From NCBI GenBank assembly GCA_964561495.1, contig CAZLPW010000003.1:13258-77257 (forward strand): a stretch of DNA of 64,000 nucleotides, read 5' to 3'. The position numbers were made by a program, and so were the translations under genes. This DNA comes from an uncultured bacterium. Its GTDB lineage: Bacteria > Fidelibacterota > Marinisomatia > Marinisomatales > UBA1611. The notes under the pieces are model-generated. The model had not been told where the DNA came from. It made no database searches and saw only the letters and a list, made by a program, of their open reading frames with translations. Numbering within the stretch: position 1 is the stretch's first letter; each line of letters opens with the position of its first letter. Positions 36,603 to 46,736 of this stretch are shown here, in pieces.

Positions 36603-38087
36603 CTATATTTTCTCGGCATAATTCTTCCCTTTATAACCTTTTACCAGCCATATGCTAAAGTTTTTTACTTTTTCTTCATCTCTTTTAGAAGAAAATTGCT
36701 TTAAAAGTATTTTTTCATTGAAGTAGCCTTCACATTTTTTTGGAAACTTTTTTCCATTAGAAATAAAAAGATAATTACCACCAATCAGGTCCTTATCTTT
36801 GTAAATGAAAGAATAGAGTGTTTCATGATATCCAATTGATAAACAGCTGGCCTCTTGTTCAGGATTCAGGTAAATGTTAATCATGGAAGGTATTTGAAAA
36901 TTATTTGCTAAAATTCTATAGTTTTTATATTCAGTATTATTATTTATAAAATTTTTCAGTTCAGATTTAAACGAGGAATAGATAAAGTAACGGTTTGTTA
37001 TATCTTTTTTGCCCTTAAGTGGAATAAACTTATTAAAGGTTTGAAGACTTACGGTAGCTATCAATATTAATGAAAAAATTAGCTGGAATAATAATTGGCC
37101 TTTACGTTTTTCCCATCTTTCACCTACATTGGTAATGCCCATTAGAAATAAACCGCCAAAAAATACTGGTGCTGGCCAATTTGCTTCTAGTCTTGAAAAA
37201 AATGAATGTACCAAAAAATAAGTCATTGGAATTATGGTTATCACAGTAAAATATTGTATAGGTGCAGGAAGACTTTTCCATTTTGAGAGGTTGATGTATG
37301 GTTGAATTGCCGCATAGTAGAAGTATATGGGCCCAAGAAGAATAAAAAGACTACCCCATAACTCTGAAAAGTTTCCAATATCTCCTGCGCGTGAGATGTG
37401 ACTTCCTTGGTATCTGAAAAATGCTAAATCATTTTGAAGATTCCAAATAATAAACGGGAGAAAAACAAGAAATGCCGTGATAAATGAACCATAAAAATTA
37501 ATATTTTTTAGGATATATCGTTTTTCTTTAACCAAAAAAGGGAAAAGCGCAATTCCCATAGCTGGGAATAATGCAGAGATTTTTGAAAGCATGGCTAAAC
37601 CCAAAAATATTCCTGCAGGAATTAAGTATTTATCTGCATCAACACAATAAGCTTTATAATAATACACAATAGCAAGTACCGTAAAAAAAGTAAGTGGTAG
37701 GTCTGGAGTTATTACTATAGAGTTTGTATGGAAAAGCATGTTTGCAGAAATACCAAGAGAAAGAACCATACCAGTAGTTTTATTGAAATGGGTTTTCCCG
37801 AATCTATATAGTATTACAGCTAAAATGGCCATCATCAAAATAGCACCAATTCTTATTGTAAAAGAGTTTTCACCAAAAAGAGTAAATACTTTTATTATAA
37901 AGCCAACAACTGGGCCGTGGTCAATGTAACCCCAGTCAAGATGTCGCGCGTACATTGCGTAATACGCTTCATCATCTATTAACATTGTACCAGAAATAAA
38001 AAGGATTCTCAATGCAACGAGGGATAAACTAATAAAAATAAATATGCTATGTATTTTATTACTAGATTGGCTAAAAATTCTTTTCAA
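36603..38087 (-). CDS. GT39/GT83-type glycosyltransferase (ArnT / PMT_2-like, polyprenyl-phosphate-sugar dependent)
   Basis: 494 aa and polytopic. The N-terminal DDEAYYAMYARHLDWGYIDHGP motif is typical of ArnT/PMT_2 proteins. Confidence 0.7.
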   Translation of the reverse strand: MKRIFSQSSNKIHSIFIFISLSLVALRILFISGTMLIDDEAYYAMYARHLDWGYIDHGPVVGFIIKVFTLFGENSFTIRIGAILMMAILAVILYRFGKTHFNKTTGMVLSLGISANMLFHTNSIVITPDLPLTFFTVLAIVYYYKAYCVDADKYLIPAGIFLGLAMLSKISALFPAMGIALFPFLVKEKRYILKNINFYGSFITAFLVFLPFIIWNLQNDLAFFRYQGSHISRAGDIGNFSELWGSLFILLGPIYFYYAAIQPYINLSKWKSLPAPIQYFTVITIIPMTYFLVHSFFSRLEANWPAPVFFGGLFLMGITNVGERWEKRKGQLLFQLIFSLILIATVSLQTFNKFIPLKGKKDITNRYFIYSSFKSELKNFINNNTEYKNYRILANNFQIPSMINIYLNPEQEASCLSIGYHETLYSFIYKDKDLIGGNYLFISNGKKFPKKCEGYFNEKILLKQFSSKRDEEKVKNFSIWLVKGYKGKNYAEKI

Positions 38088-38226
38088 GAAAGTCCTTGTT
38101 GAATATTGAAATAAATAACAATTATTATCTTAAAAATTACATGTTAAAACTGGAATTGATCAGAAATAATTTTTGCAAGAAAAGTCAGATTCTTAAAGTA
38201 GATTTAAAATTCACATTATTTAAATA

Positions 38227-40665
38227 ATGAAGATATTAAAATACTTTATATTCATTTCTTTTTTGTATTTGAATGCACAAAGTACAGTTAGTATAAATGG
38301 GTTTGTCCGTGATGATGAAAATGGAGAGCCATTGGGATATGCTAATGTATTTATTAAGGAAAACGCTCTTGGTTCTGCCAGTAGTATGGATGGGTATTAT
38401 GTTATACCTAATGTACCTGTAGGTGAAAAAACAATAGCTGTTTCGATTATTGGATATGAAATGATATCAAAAAAAATTGAAGTTTTATCTGAAAAAAATA
38501 TACGTCTAGACTTTAGACTTAAACGGACAGTTATTGAAGGTCAGGCTATTGATGTATTTGGTGAAACACAAAAAATGAGACAGATGGTAGAACCTAGTCG
38601 CATTACTCTAGATCTCCGCACTCTTGAGACCGCGCCAGCGTTTATTGAGCCAGACCTATTTAGAACAGTCCAGATGTTGCCAGGTGTTCAAACGATCAAT
38701 GATTTTTCTAGTGCGTTATATGTCAGAGGTAGTACCCCTGATCAAAATTTAATTATGTTGGATGGGATAACAGTATATAACCCATATCATTTAGGTGGTA
38801 TTTTTTCTACTTTTAATACAGACGCAATCAAAGAAGCTGACTTTCATGCTGGGGGGTTTCCTGCCCGCTATGGAGGGCGTATGGGGGCAATTCTAAGCGT
38901 AATCAATCGAGAAGGAAATACAAAAAAAATTCAAGGGAATGCTAATATTTCTATTATTTCAAGTAAAGGTTTAATTGAAGGCCCACTGCCAAAGTTTAAA
39001 GGTATAAAGGGATCATGGATGCTTGCGGGAAGAAGGACATACTTAGATAAATTATTTAATTTATTTATTCCAGATGGTAGTGATTTCAAATTTCCATATT
39101 ATTTTTATGATTACCAGGCAAAGATAAATATTGATCTAAATCAAGATCATCGCATTACCTATAGTAGATTCTATGGTGATGATATCTTAGAAATAGGCTT
39201 CTCTGACAAGTTTGAAAATTATGATAATCCTGCTGAATATGACCAAGGAACAAGTGCTTTTGATATTAATTGGCCTTGGGGTAATAAAACTAATAGCTTA
39301 ACCTGGAGATGGTTAATTAGTCCTAAGCTTGTTGCGAGAACTTTTATTGCTAACAGTAGGTATAGATTTAATTTCGATATGGGTTTTTCAGATACTGGGT
39401 TTTACAGTAGGATTAATGATGAAGATCAAGAAATAGAAACGGGCTCTTGGAGTGAAAGTTTTAGTTTTGATTTTTATGATATTATCAATGACTATACCTT
39501 TGAGACTGACCTCTCATGGCATGGTATTGATAATCACCAGTTTCAAGGGGGGCTACAGATTAAAGACGTACAGTTTGACCTTGGAATGGAGTTTGAGTAT
39601 TCTAGTTTAGATACGACAGTATATGCAAAACCGCTTGAGATGATAGATTCTACAAGAGAGGTTTCCATTTATTTGCAAGACAGATGGTCAATAACGCCTC
39701 GTCTCTCTTTGCAAATTGGTGCTAGGGCTACTGATTACTCATTACATGATACTCTATACCTCGACCCACGCTTTGGATTAAAATATATTTTGCGTCAGGA
39801 TTTATCTTTTAAACTATCTCTTGGTAGATACCATCAGTTTTTAACTATAGTTAATCTTGAGGATGAGAGCTGGAATATTGTGGATCTGTGGCTTGGGCTT
39901 CCTGAAAATAGGCCAGCGACTTGGGCAGATCATCTTATTCTTGGATTAGAATATTTGTCAGGGAATAGTTGGCTTTATCGAGCTGAAACATATTACAAGC
40001 ATTTTGAAAACCTTATTACGTTGCAGCAGGGAGAATTAATAACGGAAACTGGAGATGGTGAGAATTTACAAGCGACACCGTTTAATGATTTTTATGAAAC
40101 CCGAGCTTATGCCTATGGACTGGAATTTTTAATCAAAAAAACTGCCGGCAAGATTAGAGGTTGGATTGGATATACCTATGCCCAGACTAATAGGCATATC
40201 AAAAAACATGGTTGGTATAAACCTAAATATGACCGGACTCACACGTTAAATATCGTGGGAGACTTGGAGATAACTAAAAAAACACACTTCAGTATTTCTA
40301 TGCAAACAGCAAGCGGGCAACCGTTTACTGCTCCTATAGGAGTCTATGATAATTGGTATGCGAGTCATAATGCTTTTTTGCCAGTATGGTACTATTCGCA
40401 AGGTTTTTTAGTGGGTGAAAAAAATGCAGCCAGAATGTCTTCTTATTTTCGATTGGATATTGGTCTTAAACAGAAAAAAACTTTTTTTGGTTATAACTAT
40501 GAGCGTTTTATACAGCTTGTAAATGTTACGAATCATGTTAACCCTTTGACGCATCAATATCGTCGGAAGGTTGATCGGAGGACAGGAGAAACTCAGGGAC
40601 TTCAGAGGGCAGATTTACCAATGTTTCCATTTTTTCTAACGTTTGGGTTAAGGATAGAGTTCTAA
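38227..40665 (+). CDS. TonB-dependent receptor with N-terminal CarboxypepD_reg domain (cassette 2)
   Basis: VSINGFVRDDENGEPLGYANV is present. The plug motifs are PDLFRTVQMLPGV and VRGSTPDQNLIMLDGITVYNPYHLGG. The C-terminus is LRIEF. It is a paralogue of 31557..33908. Confidence 0.85.
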   Translation: MKILKYFIFISFLYLNAQSTVSINGFVRDDENGEPLGYANVFIKENALGSASSMDGYYVIPNVPVGEKTIAVSIIGYEMISKKIEVLSEKNIRLDFRLKRTVIEGQAIDVFGETQKMRQMVEPSRITLDLRTLETAPAFIEPDLFRTVQMLPGVQTINDFSSALYVRGSTPDQNLIMLDGITVYNPYHLGGIFSTFNTDAIKEADFHAGGFPARYGGRMGAILSVINREGNTKKIQGNANISIISSKGLIEGPLPKFKGIKGSWMLAGRRTYLDKLFNLFIPDGSDFKFPYYFYDYQAKINIDLNQDHRITYSRFYGDDILEIGFSDKFENYDNPAEYDQGTSAFDINWPWGNKTNSLTWRWLISPKLVARTFIANSRYRFNFDMGFSDTGFYSRINDEDQEIETGSWSESFSFDFYDIINDYTFETDLSWHGIDNHQFQGGLQIKDVQFDLGMEFEYSSLDTTVYAKPLEMIDSTREVSIYLQDRWSITPRLSLQIGARATDYSLHDTLYLDPRFGLKYILRQDLSFKLSLGRYHQFLTIVNLEDESWNIVDLWLGLPENRPATWADHLILGLEYLSGNSWLYRAETYYKHFENLITLQQGELITETGDGENLQATPFNDFYETRAYAYGLEFLIKKTAGKIRGWIGYTYAQTNRHIKKHGWYKPKYDRTHTLNIVGDLEITKKTHFSISMQTASGQPFTAPIGVYDNWYASHNAFLPVWYYSQGFLVGEKNAARMSSYFRLDIGLKQKKTFFGYNYERFIQLVNVTNHVNPLTHQYRRKVDRRTGETQGLQRADLPMFPFFLTFGLRIEF

Positions 40666-41613
40666 ATGAGAATAATTAAATTAAATATAATTACTTTAAT
40701 CTTTTTTTCCTGTTCTATTGTTCCACCTGAACTTGAGTGGGAAGATGTTCAGTCTGACCATGAATCAGTATTAAATATATTAGGGATTTTGTCTACAGAT
40801 TCATTGGTTTCTAGTTTTGTGAAGGTGCATAAGTCTCTAAATGTTCAAGATAATATAGATTCTTTGGTTTTAGATACAACAGATGGTATAGATTTTTATC
40901 GTATATCTAAATTCGTTGTAGTTGATGCTGAGGTTATCGTGCGACGAGGCTCTAATGAATATCATTTTGAGTATTCTGAAATTGAAATGGATACAAAAGA
41001 TACTGTTGGTTTAGGAGCTTATTTTTATAATGGAGATGACTTAAACCCTAGTCCTGGAGAAATATATACTTTATCAGTGATTACCCCATCAGGAATGAGT
41101 GCAACTGGAGAGGTTATTATCCCTTCTATGCCTCGGCTTCATAAAGAAGAACTCCCTGATACATTTAGAGTTAATGAGATTATGAACATAAAATGGGATG
41201 TGCTTGATCTACACAACCAATTATTGAATATTGATAATTTCCTAAATATTTTTTGGTTCTTATATAATGATTATGGATACTATTATAATTATGGAAATAA
41301 TTCTGGGTCATGCGGCCTGCAGCAACAACAATTTATTTATCCTGGTGATACAACGTGGATGTTCAAAAAAGAATGGTGTGGTGATAGTGAATTTAATCAA
41401 GGCTTATGGGATGAGGACCTTCTTCTAATAAATCTTATGAGTATGGATCAGAACTATTATGATTTTTTTATAAAATATTCTCAGGAAGGCAGCGAATTCT
41501 CTAATCTTTACATTGGGTCTGGTGGTACAGGTCGTAATTTTGGAATAGAAGGAGGGATAGGCATTTTTGGTTCTGTAGGTATCGACAGACACGTTATTCC
41601 AATATTGCCGTAG
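40666..41613 (+). CDS. DUF4249-like lipoprotein partner (cassette 2)
   Basis: The ATG directly abuts the receptor TAA (TAAATG). The lipoprotein signal is MRIIKLNIITLIFFSCS. Confidence 0.6.
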   Translation: MRIIKLNIITLIFFSCSIVPPELEWEDVQSDHESVLNILGILSTDSLVSSFVKVHKSLNVQDNIDSLVLDTTDGIDFYRISKFVVVDAEVIVRRGSNEYHFEYSEIEMDTKDTVGLGAYFYNGDDLNPSPGEIYTLSVITPSGMSATGEVIIPSMPRLHKEELPDTFRVNEIMNIKWDVLDLHNQLLNIDNFLNIFWFLYNDYGYYYNYGNNSGSCGLQQQQFIYPGDTTWMFKKEWCGDSEFNQGLWDEDLLLINLMSMDQNYYDFFIKYSQEGSEFSNLYIGSGGTGRNFGIEGGIGIFGSVGIDRHVIPILP

Positions 41614-41617
41614 ATTT

Positions 41618-42382
41618 ATGAAATTAGTTTCTTGGAATGTTAATGGTATCCGCGCTGCAGTTAAAAAAGGTTTTCTAGATTGGTTAGAGGATGAGAGTCC
41701 AGATATCTGCTGTATCCAAGAAACAAAGGCACATGTAGATCAGTTAAGTTCAGAGATTTTAGAAGATCATGGTTATAAGGTTTTTTGGCATTCGGGCATA
41801 AGACGTGGTTATAGCGGTGTAGCAACTTTTTGTAAAGAAGAACCTCTTTATGTCAAAGAAGGAGTTGGAATTGAAAAATACGATTCTGAAGGTCGAGTCC
41901 TTATCACTGAGCATGAAAATTTTTTACTGTATAATATTTATTTCCCTAATGGACAAAAGGATGAAATAAGACTCAAATACAAACTAGACTTTTATAGAGA
42001 TTTATTACCAATTATTAATGAGCAAGTGGAATCTGGGAACAATGTGATTGTTACTGGTGATTGGAATACTGCGCACAAATCTATTGATCTTGCAAGGCCA
42101 AAAGAAAATATAAAAACTTCAGGCTTTATGCCAATTGAACGTGATTGGTTAGATCGTTATGTTAATGAAGGTTGGGTCGATACTTTTCGTCTTTTCCATG
42201 ATGATGGCGGCCGCTATTCATGGTGGACATATAGGTTTGGAGCGCGTGAAAGAAATGTAGGGTGGAGGATTGATTATTTTTTTGTTAATGAGGCCCTTTC
42301 AGAGTTCTGTTTAGATGCCGACATACATCATAATGTTCTTGGCTCAGATCATTGTCCTGTTTCTTTGGATTTAGACTTTTAA
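41618..42382 (+). CDS. xthA: Exodeoxyribonuclease III (AP endonuclease)
   Basis: MKLVSWNVNGIRA, CIQETK, VTGDWNTAH, YSWWTYR, WRIDYFF and SDHCPV are present. Confidence 0.9.
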   Translation: MKLVSWNVNGIRAAVKKGFLDWLEDESPDICCIQETKAHVDQLSSEILEDHGYKVFWHSGIRRGYSGVATFCKEEPLYVKEGVGIEKYDSEGRVLITEHENFLLYNIYFPNGQKDEIRLKYKLDFYRDLLPIINEQVESGNNVIVTGDWNTAHKSIDLARPKENIKTSGFMPIERDWLDRYVNEGWVDTFRLFHDDGGRYSWWTYRFGARERNVGWRIDYFFVNEALSEFCLDADIHHNVLGSDHCPVSLDLDF

Positions 42383-43497
42383 TTATTTTTATATTTTTTT
42401 TGATTAAAACAGTAATAGGTGGTATGCTGTATCTTTTACTGAATAATATTGCCTTTGGTGATAGCTTAAGTGTAGGTATAGATACTACTGAGTTAAATCA
42501 AAGATATTTATATGCTTCCCAAAATACCCTACTACCTAATCTGGGTAGCTCTCCGAATACTGGATTTCTTTTGGGAGTTTTTGTAAATAGGCGGTTTAAG
42601 TTTCCAAAAAAAATAGAACTGACACGTCCTTCAAATATTAATGTTTCAATAACTTATACTGAAAAAAAACAATTTATATTAAAAATCCGCAATCAAATAT
42701 TTTCACCAGAGGAGAAATGGCGATGGGATGGAAAGATAGAAGGAAAACAATTTCCTGAAGTATTCTATGGTATTGGAAATAATACTACTAGAGAGGATAC
42801 TTCAAACATATCTTGGAACAGGTATGATTTAGATCAAAGGTTACTAAAAAAGTTTAGCAGAAATAATTTTTTAGGCGGACAAATTAAGTTTCAAAAACTA
42901 ACTGATTTTAAACACATTGGGGGGATGACTTATTATGATGTAAGGGGTTTCAATAATAATAATAGTTTGATATATGGTGCTGGGCTTACCTATTTATTTG
43001 ATACAAGAGACGATGTTTATACTTCTAAAGAAGGTGTTTTTTTTAAAATTGAAACTGGTATTTATAATGGTGATTATTCATTTAAAACTTTCAACACAGA
43101 TCTAAGAAAATTTATAAATAAGAATAATTTAGTTTTTGCTTGGCAAGGGAAAATTAATTTTTTATCTGGGGCTGCGCCTTTTTGGGAGCTGCCTATGCTT
43201 GGTAGTGAAGAGATCATGCGTGGCTTTTATGAGGGTAGATATAGAGATAATAATGCAGTAGTTAGTCAATTCGAGATTAGACACAAAGTGTTAAGTAGAA
43301 TTGGATATGTTTTGTTTTTTGGTTTAGGTCAAGTCTCAAATAATATTAAAGAATTTAGTTTATCTGAGACGCATAGTAACTACGGTTTTGGTTTTAGATT
43401 TCAGCTTAATAAAAATGATCCAACAAATATCAGGTTTGATATTGGCCTTTTTTCTGGCGGCGGCGGCCTTCTAATTAAATTTAGGGAAGCATTTTAG
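42352..43497 (+). CDS. Omp85/BamA-family outer-membrane beta-barrel (surface antigen D15 domain only, no POTRA); start uncertain
   Basis: The C-terminal part carries RGFYEGRYRDNNAVVSQFEIRH, GFGFRF and NIRFDIGL. The 5' 31 nt overlap xthA. Alternative starts are the ATT at 42382 and the ATG at 42424. Confidence 0.6.
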   Translation: MSCFFGFRLLIIFIFFLIKTVIGGMLYLLLNNIAFGDSLSVGIDTTELNQRYLYASQNTLLPNLGSSPNTGFLLGVFVNRRFKFPKKIELTRPSNINVSITYTEKKQFILKIRNQIFSPEEKWRWDGKIEGKQFPEVFYGIGNNTTREDTSNISWNRYDLDQRLLKKFSRNNFLGGQIKFQKLTDFKHIGGMTYYDVRGFNNNNSLIYGAGLTYLFDTRDDVYTSKEGVFFKIETGIYNGDYSFKTFNTDLRKFINKNNLVFAWQGKINFLSGAAPFWELPMLGSEEIMRGFYEGRYRDNNAVVSQFEIRHKVLSRIGYVLFFGLGQVSNNIKEFSLSETHSNYGFGFRFQLNKNDPTNIRFDIGLFSGGGGLLIKFREAF

Positions 43498-43505
43498 TTG
43501 AGTAG

Positions 43506-44636
43506 TTAAATCATTAGCTCACTCGTTATTATATCTGCGAATTGAAATCCTTTTTCAGTTAGGGCCAGTTGATTTTTTTCTATATTAATACATTTTGGCC
43601 ACTTGATTGAAGTTTTTTTTAATTGTTGGTTAAAATTTTCCATCAGGTTTTTTGGCAGATTTTCAAGGTGTACACCTGCATTCATTCTTAGACCGAAACC
43701 TATTTTTTCATTAAATAAATTATTTTTTGTTAAAGTCTCTTCAAAAGAAACAGGAGATTTTTTTAATTCAATTCTTTTTATATATCCATCAAGGGATCTA
43801 ATATTACTCCATCTCTTTAATCCATCAAAGCTGTGTGCAGACGGACCAAAACCTAGATAGGGATCAATGTTCCAATAATGGAGGTTATGCATACATTCTT
43901 TTTTAGACAAAGAAAAATTGGATATTTCATATGGTTTATAGCCAAATTTATTTAAAATAGTTCGAGTTTTTTTGAACCATTCAGCAGATTTATTCTCCGC
44001 TGGCATTCTAACTAATCTATTTTTTACTTTTCTAAAAAGTTCAGTCCCCTTTTCCAAGGTTAGTGTATAGGCTGATATATGATCTGGACTTAGTTGTGTT
44101 ACCGTTTTTAGATCCGTGACCCAATCATTAAAATCTTGATCAGGCATTAAGTATATTAAATCACAATTAATATTTTTAAACCCTGCATTTTGGGCATTTT
44201 TTATTGTTTCTAATGATTGTTTTGGCGAATGGGATCTACCTAAAAATTTTAAATGGCTAGGATTTAAGGATTGAATTCCAATCGATAATCTATTAATTCC
44301 GAGGCTATTATATTCTTTTAATTGGTTAAGTGAAACATCTCCAGGATTTACTTCTATCGTAAATTCCTTTATATCGTTTATATCAAAATTTTTTTCTAAG
44401 GAATTAATAATTAATTCAATTGATTTAGCATTTAAAAGACTAGGGGTTCCTCCTCCTATAAATATTGTATCAAATTTCCAATCATTTGTATCATTGGTAC
44501 ATGTTTCTATTTCACGTTGTATTGCTGAGATAAATCTTGGAATTGTTTTTTCTTGATCAGTTATTGAGTAAAAGTCGCAATAAATGCATTTTATAGTGCA
44601 AAATGGGATATGTATATATATACCAGCCGAATACAT
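43506..44636 (-). CDS. hemW: Radical SAM family haem chaperone / oxygen-independent coproporphyrinogen-III oxidase-like protein
   Basis: GIYIHIPFCTIKCIYCDF carries the CxxxCxxC motif. IFIGGGTPS and a HemN_C-like tail are present. Confidence 0.85.
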   Translation of the reverse strand: MYSAGIYIHIPFCTIKCIYCDFYSITDQEKTIPRFISAIQREIETCTNDTNDWKFDTIFIGGGTPSLLNAKSIELIINSLEKNFDINDIKEFTIEVNPGDVSLNQLKEYNSLGINRLSIGIQSLNPSHLKFLGRSHSPKQSLETIKNAQNAGFKNINCDLIYLMPDQDFNDWVTDLKTVTQLSPDHISAYTLTLEKGTELFRKVKNRLVRMPAENKSAEWFKKTRTILNKFGYKPYEISNFSLSKKECMHNLHYWNIDPYLGFGPSAHSFDGLKRWSNIRSLDGYIKRIELKKSPVSFEETLTKNNLFNEKIGFGLRMNAGVHLENLPKNLMENFNQQLKKTSIKWPKCINIEKNQLALTEKGFQFADIITSELMI

Positions 44637-44889
44637 AGCTTAAATATAATAAGTGGAATTAGCCCATATAATGTTTAATATATCGCTATAAAGTGATATA
44701 TAGATTAGTGTGTGCTTAATCGAAGAACTTAGTATAATTATTAGATTCATATTTCTTAATTAAAATATAGAGAATTAGTAATTTTTCTAAGATTCTTTAA
44801 ATTTGTAAAAAATAGGATAACTGTATACTAAACCCTTCTAGAAGAATGATTAGATCTTTCGTTCTTTTTATATTCTGAAAGATAAAAAA

Positions 44890-46731
44890 ATGAAAAAGAA
44901 TAATATCTTAACAAAAAAATTATTATCCATGATTAAACCTGAGTGGTTGTATGTCTCTGTTTCAATGGTTAATAGTATCTTTTTTGTTATTTTCAATAGT
45001 ATCTCTATCTGGCTTACTGCTTCTCTGATAAATAATATTTTGACAGATTATGAAACATTGGTTTCAAATCACATGGCTCTTTCAAATAAAACTAATCTCA
45101 ATATAAATGATAAGCTAAAATATTTTACTAATGAGTTTATAATTAGAGATTCAGCAACAGAAACATTAAAAGTTTTATGTATATCAATTATCATCATATT
45201 TATTGCCAAAAATATTTTTTTATATTTTAAAAATTTTACTATGACCATTGTTCAGTTGCGTATTGTTACTTTATTAAGAAATAAATTATATGAACATCTA
45301 CATCGCCTATCACTTTCCTTTTTTCACAATAAAAAATCAGGTGATCTAACATCAGTAATCATTCATGATGTAGGCAACATAAGAACAGCGATTGGTACGA
45401 GTTTTCACAAAATAATTGTTGAGCCTATAAATATTCTATCATTTGTAGTATTACTCTTTATTATAAGCTGGAAATTGTCTTTGGTTGCTCTTTTAATTTT
45501 GCCTTTTTCTCAATTTATAATTGTGGCAATAGGCAAAAGTATCAGGAGAAAAGCAAGAAGGAATACTCGTCAGATAGGTGGGATACTTGGTATCATTGCT
45601 GATACACTTACTTCAATGCGAATTGTAAAAGCATTTGTGATGGAAAACCATGAAGTAAATCGCTTTAAGAAAGAGTCATGGAAGTATTTTGATTTATTAT
45701 TTAGATCTGCGAAGCTAAGACACCTATCATCTCCTTTAATTGAGTCTATAGGGGTATCAATTGCTGTGCTACTTTTATGGTTAGGAGGGAATGAAGTTTT
45801 TAAAGGGGATGGCATTACATCAGAAGATTTTTTAAGGTTTATATTTCTATTATTTGCAATGCTTGGTCCAATAAGGTCCTTAAGTAATGTTAATATTAAT
45901 CTTCAAAATGGATTTGCTTCAGCAGAAAGGGTATTTGAAATTCTTGATTCAATCCCTGAAATCACCGATTCAAAAGATGCGATTCAGATAAATTCATTTG
46001 ATAAAAAAATAAAATTTTCTGAAGTAGGTTTCACCTATAATAAAGAAAATAATTTTTCTTTGAAAAATCTTTCTTTCTCTATAAAAAGAGGTCAAGTAGT
46101 TGCACTTGTCGGTAAAAGTGGATCAGGTAAGTCAACTATTGCAGATCTAATACCTCGGTTTTTTGAGGTCGAAAAAGGAAATATATTTTTTGATGGTATT
46201 GATATAAGAAAAATCAAGATTGATTCATTACGCAAGATGATGGGAATCGTTACTCAAGAAACTATATTACTAGATGATACCATCCAATATAATATATCTT
46301 ACGGGACGGAAAATGTAGATCAGGAGGCTATTATTAAGGCTTCAGTTGCTGCAAATGCTTTGGACTTTATAAATGATCTTCCTCTTGGTTTTAATACTCT
46401 TATTGGTGAAAAAGGAGTTAAGCTATCAGGTGGACAAAGACAGAGAATAGCGATTGCACGTGCCATCTTAAAAAATCCACCATTTCTTATTTTAGACGAA
46501 GCTACCTCTTCATTAGATACCGAATCCGAAAAACTAGTTCAGGAGGCAATTGAAAATCTTATGAATGACAGAACAGTTTTAGTGGTTGCCCATAGATTGT
46601 CTACTATAAGAAATGCTGATAAGATTTTGATGGTTTCTAATGGAGAAATACTTGAATATGGTACCCATGATCAGTTGTTTCAATCTGGTGGAGAATATAA
46701 AAAACTCTATAATTTGCAATACTCCAAATAA
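44890..46731 (+). CDS. msbA: ABC transporter, fused permease/ATPase, MsbA-like lipid exporter
   Basis: Six TM segments precede the NBD. GKSGSGKST is Walker A, LSGGQRQRIAIARA the ABC signature and ILDEATSSLD Walker B. The gene is adjacent to LPS-core-type genes. Confidence 0.7.
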   Translation: MKKNNILTKKLLSMIKPEWLYVSVSMVNSIFFVIFNSISIWLTASLINNILTDYETLVSNHMALSNKTNLNINDKLKYFTNEFIIRDSATETLKVLCISIIIIFIAKNIFLYFKNFTMTIVQLRIVTLLRNKLYEHLHRLSLSFFHNKKSGDLTSVIIHDVGNIRTAIGTSFHKIIVEPINILSFVVLLFIISWKLSLVALLILPFSQFIIVAIGKSIRRKARRNTRQIGGILGIIADTLTSMRIVKAFVMENHEVNRFKKESWKYFDLLFRSAKLRHLSSPLIESIGVSIAVLLLWLGGNEVFKGDGITSEDFLRFIFLLFAMLGPIRSLSNVNINLQNGFASAERVFEILDSIPEITDSKDAIQINSFDKKIKFSEVGFTYNKENNFSLKNLSFSIKRGQVVALVGKSGSGKSTIADLIPRFFEVEKGNIFFDGIDIRKIKIDSLRKMMGIVTQETILLDDTIQYNISYGTENVDQEAIIKASVAANALDFINDLPLGFNTLIGEKGVKLSGGQRQRIAIARAILKNPPFLILDEATSSLDTESEKLVQEAIENLMNDRTVLVVAHRLSTIRNADKILMVSNGEILEYGTHDQLFQSGGEYKKLYNLQYSK

Positions 46732-46736
46732 ATAAA

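Noticed and set aside
42380-42387. Recurrence of the octamer TAATTATT at the gmd/fcl (13680-13687) and xthA/Omp85 (42380-42387) junctions as a specific reinitiation signal.
   Set aside because: An A/T-only 8-mer is expected to occur by chance several times in 64 kb of AT-rich DNA. I mention it only as context for the ATT-start hypothesis.
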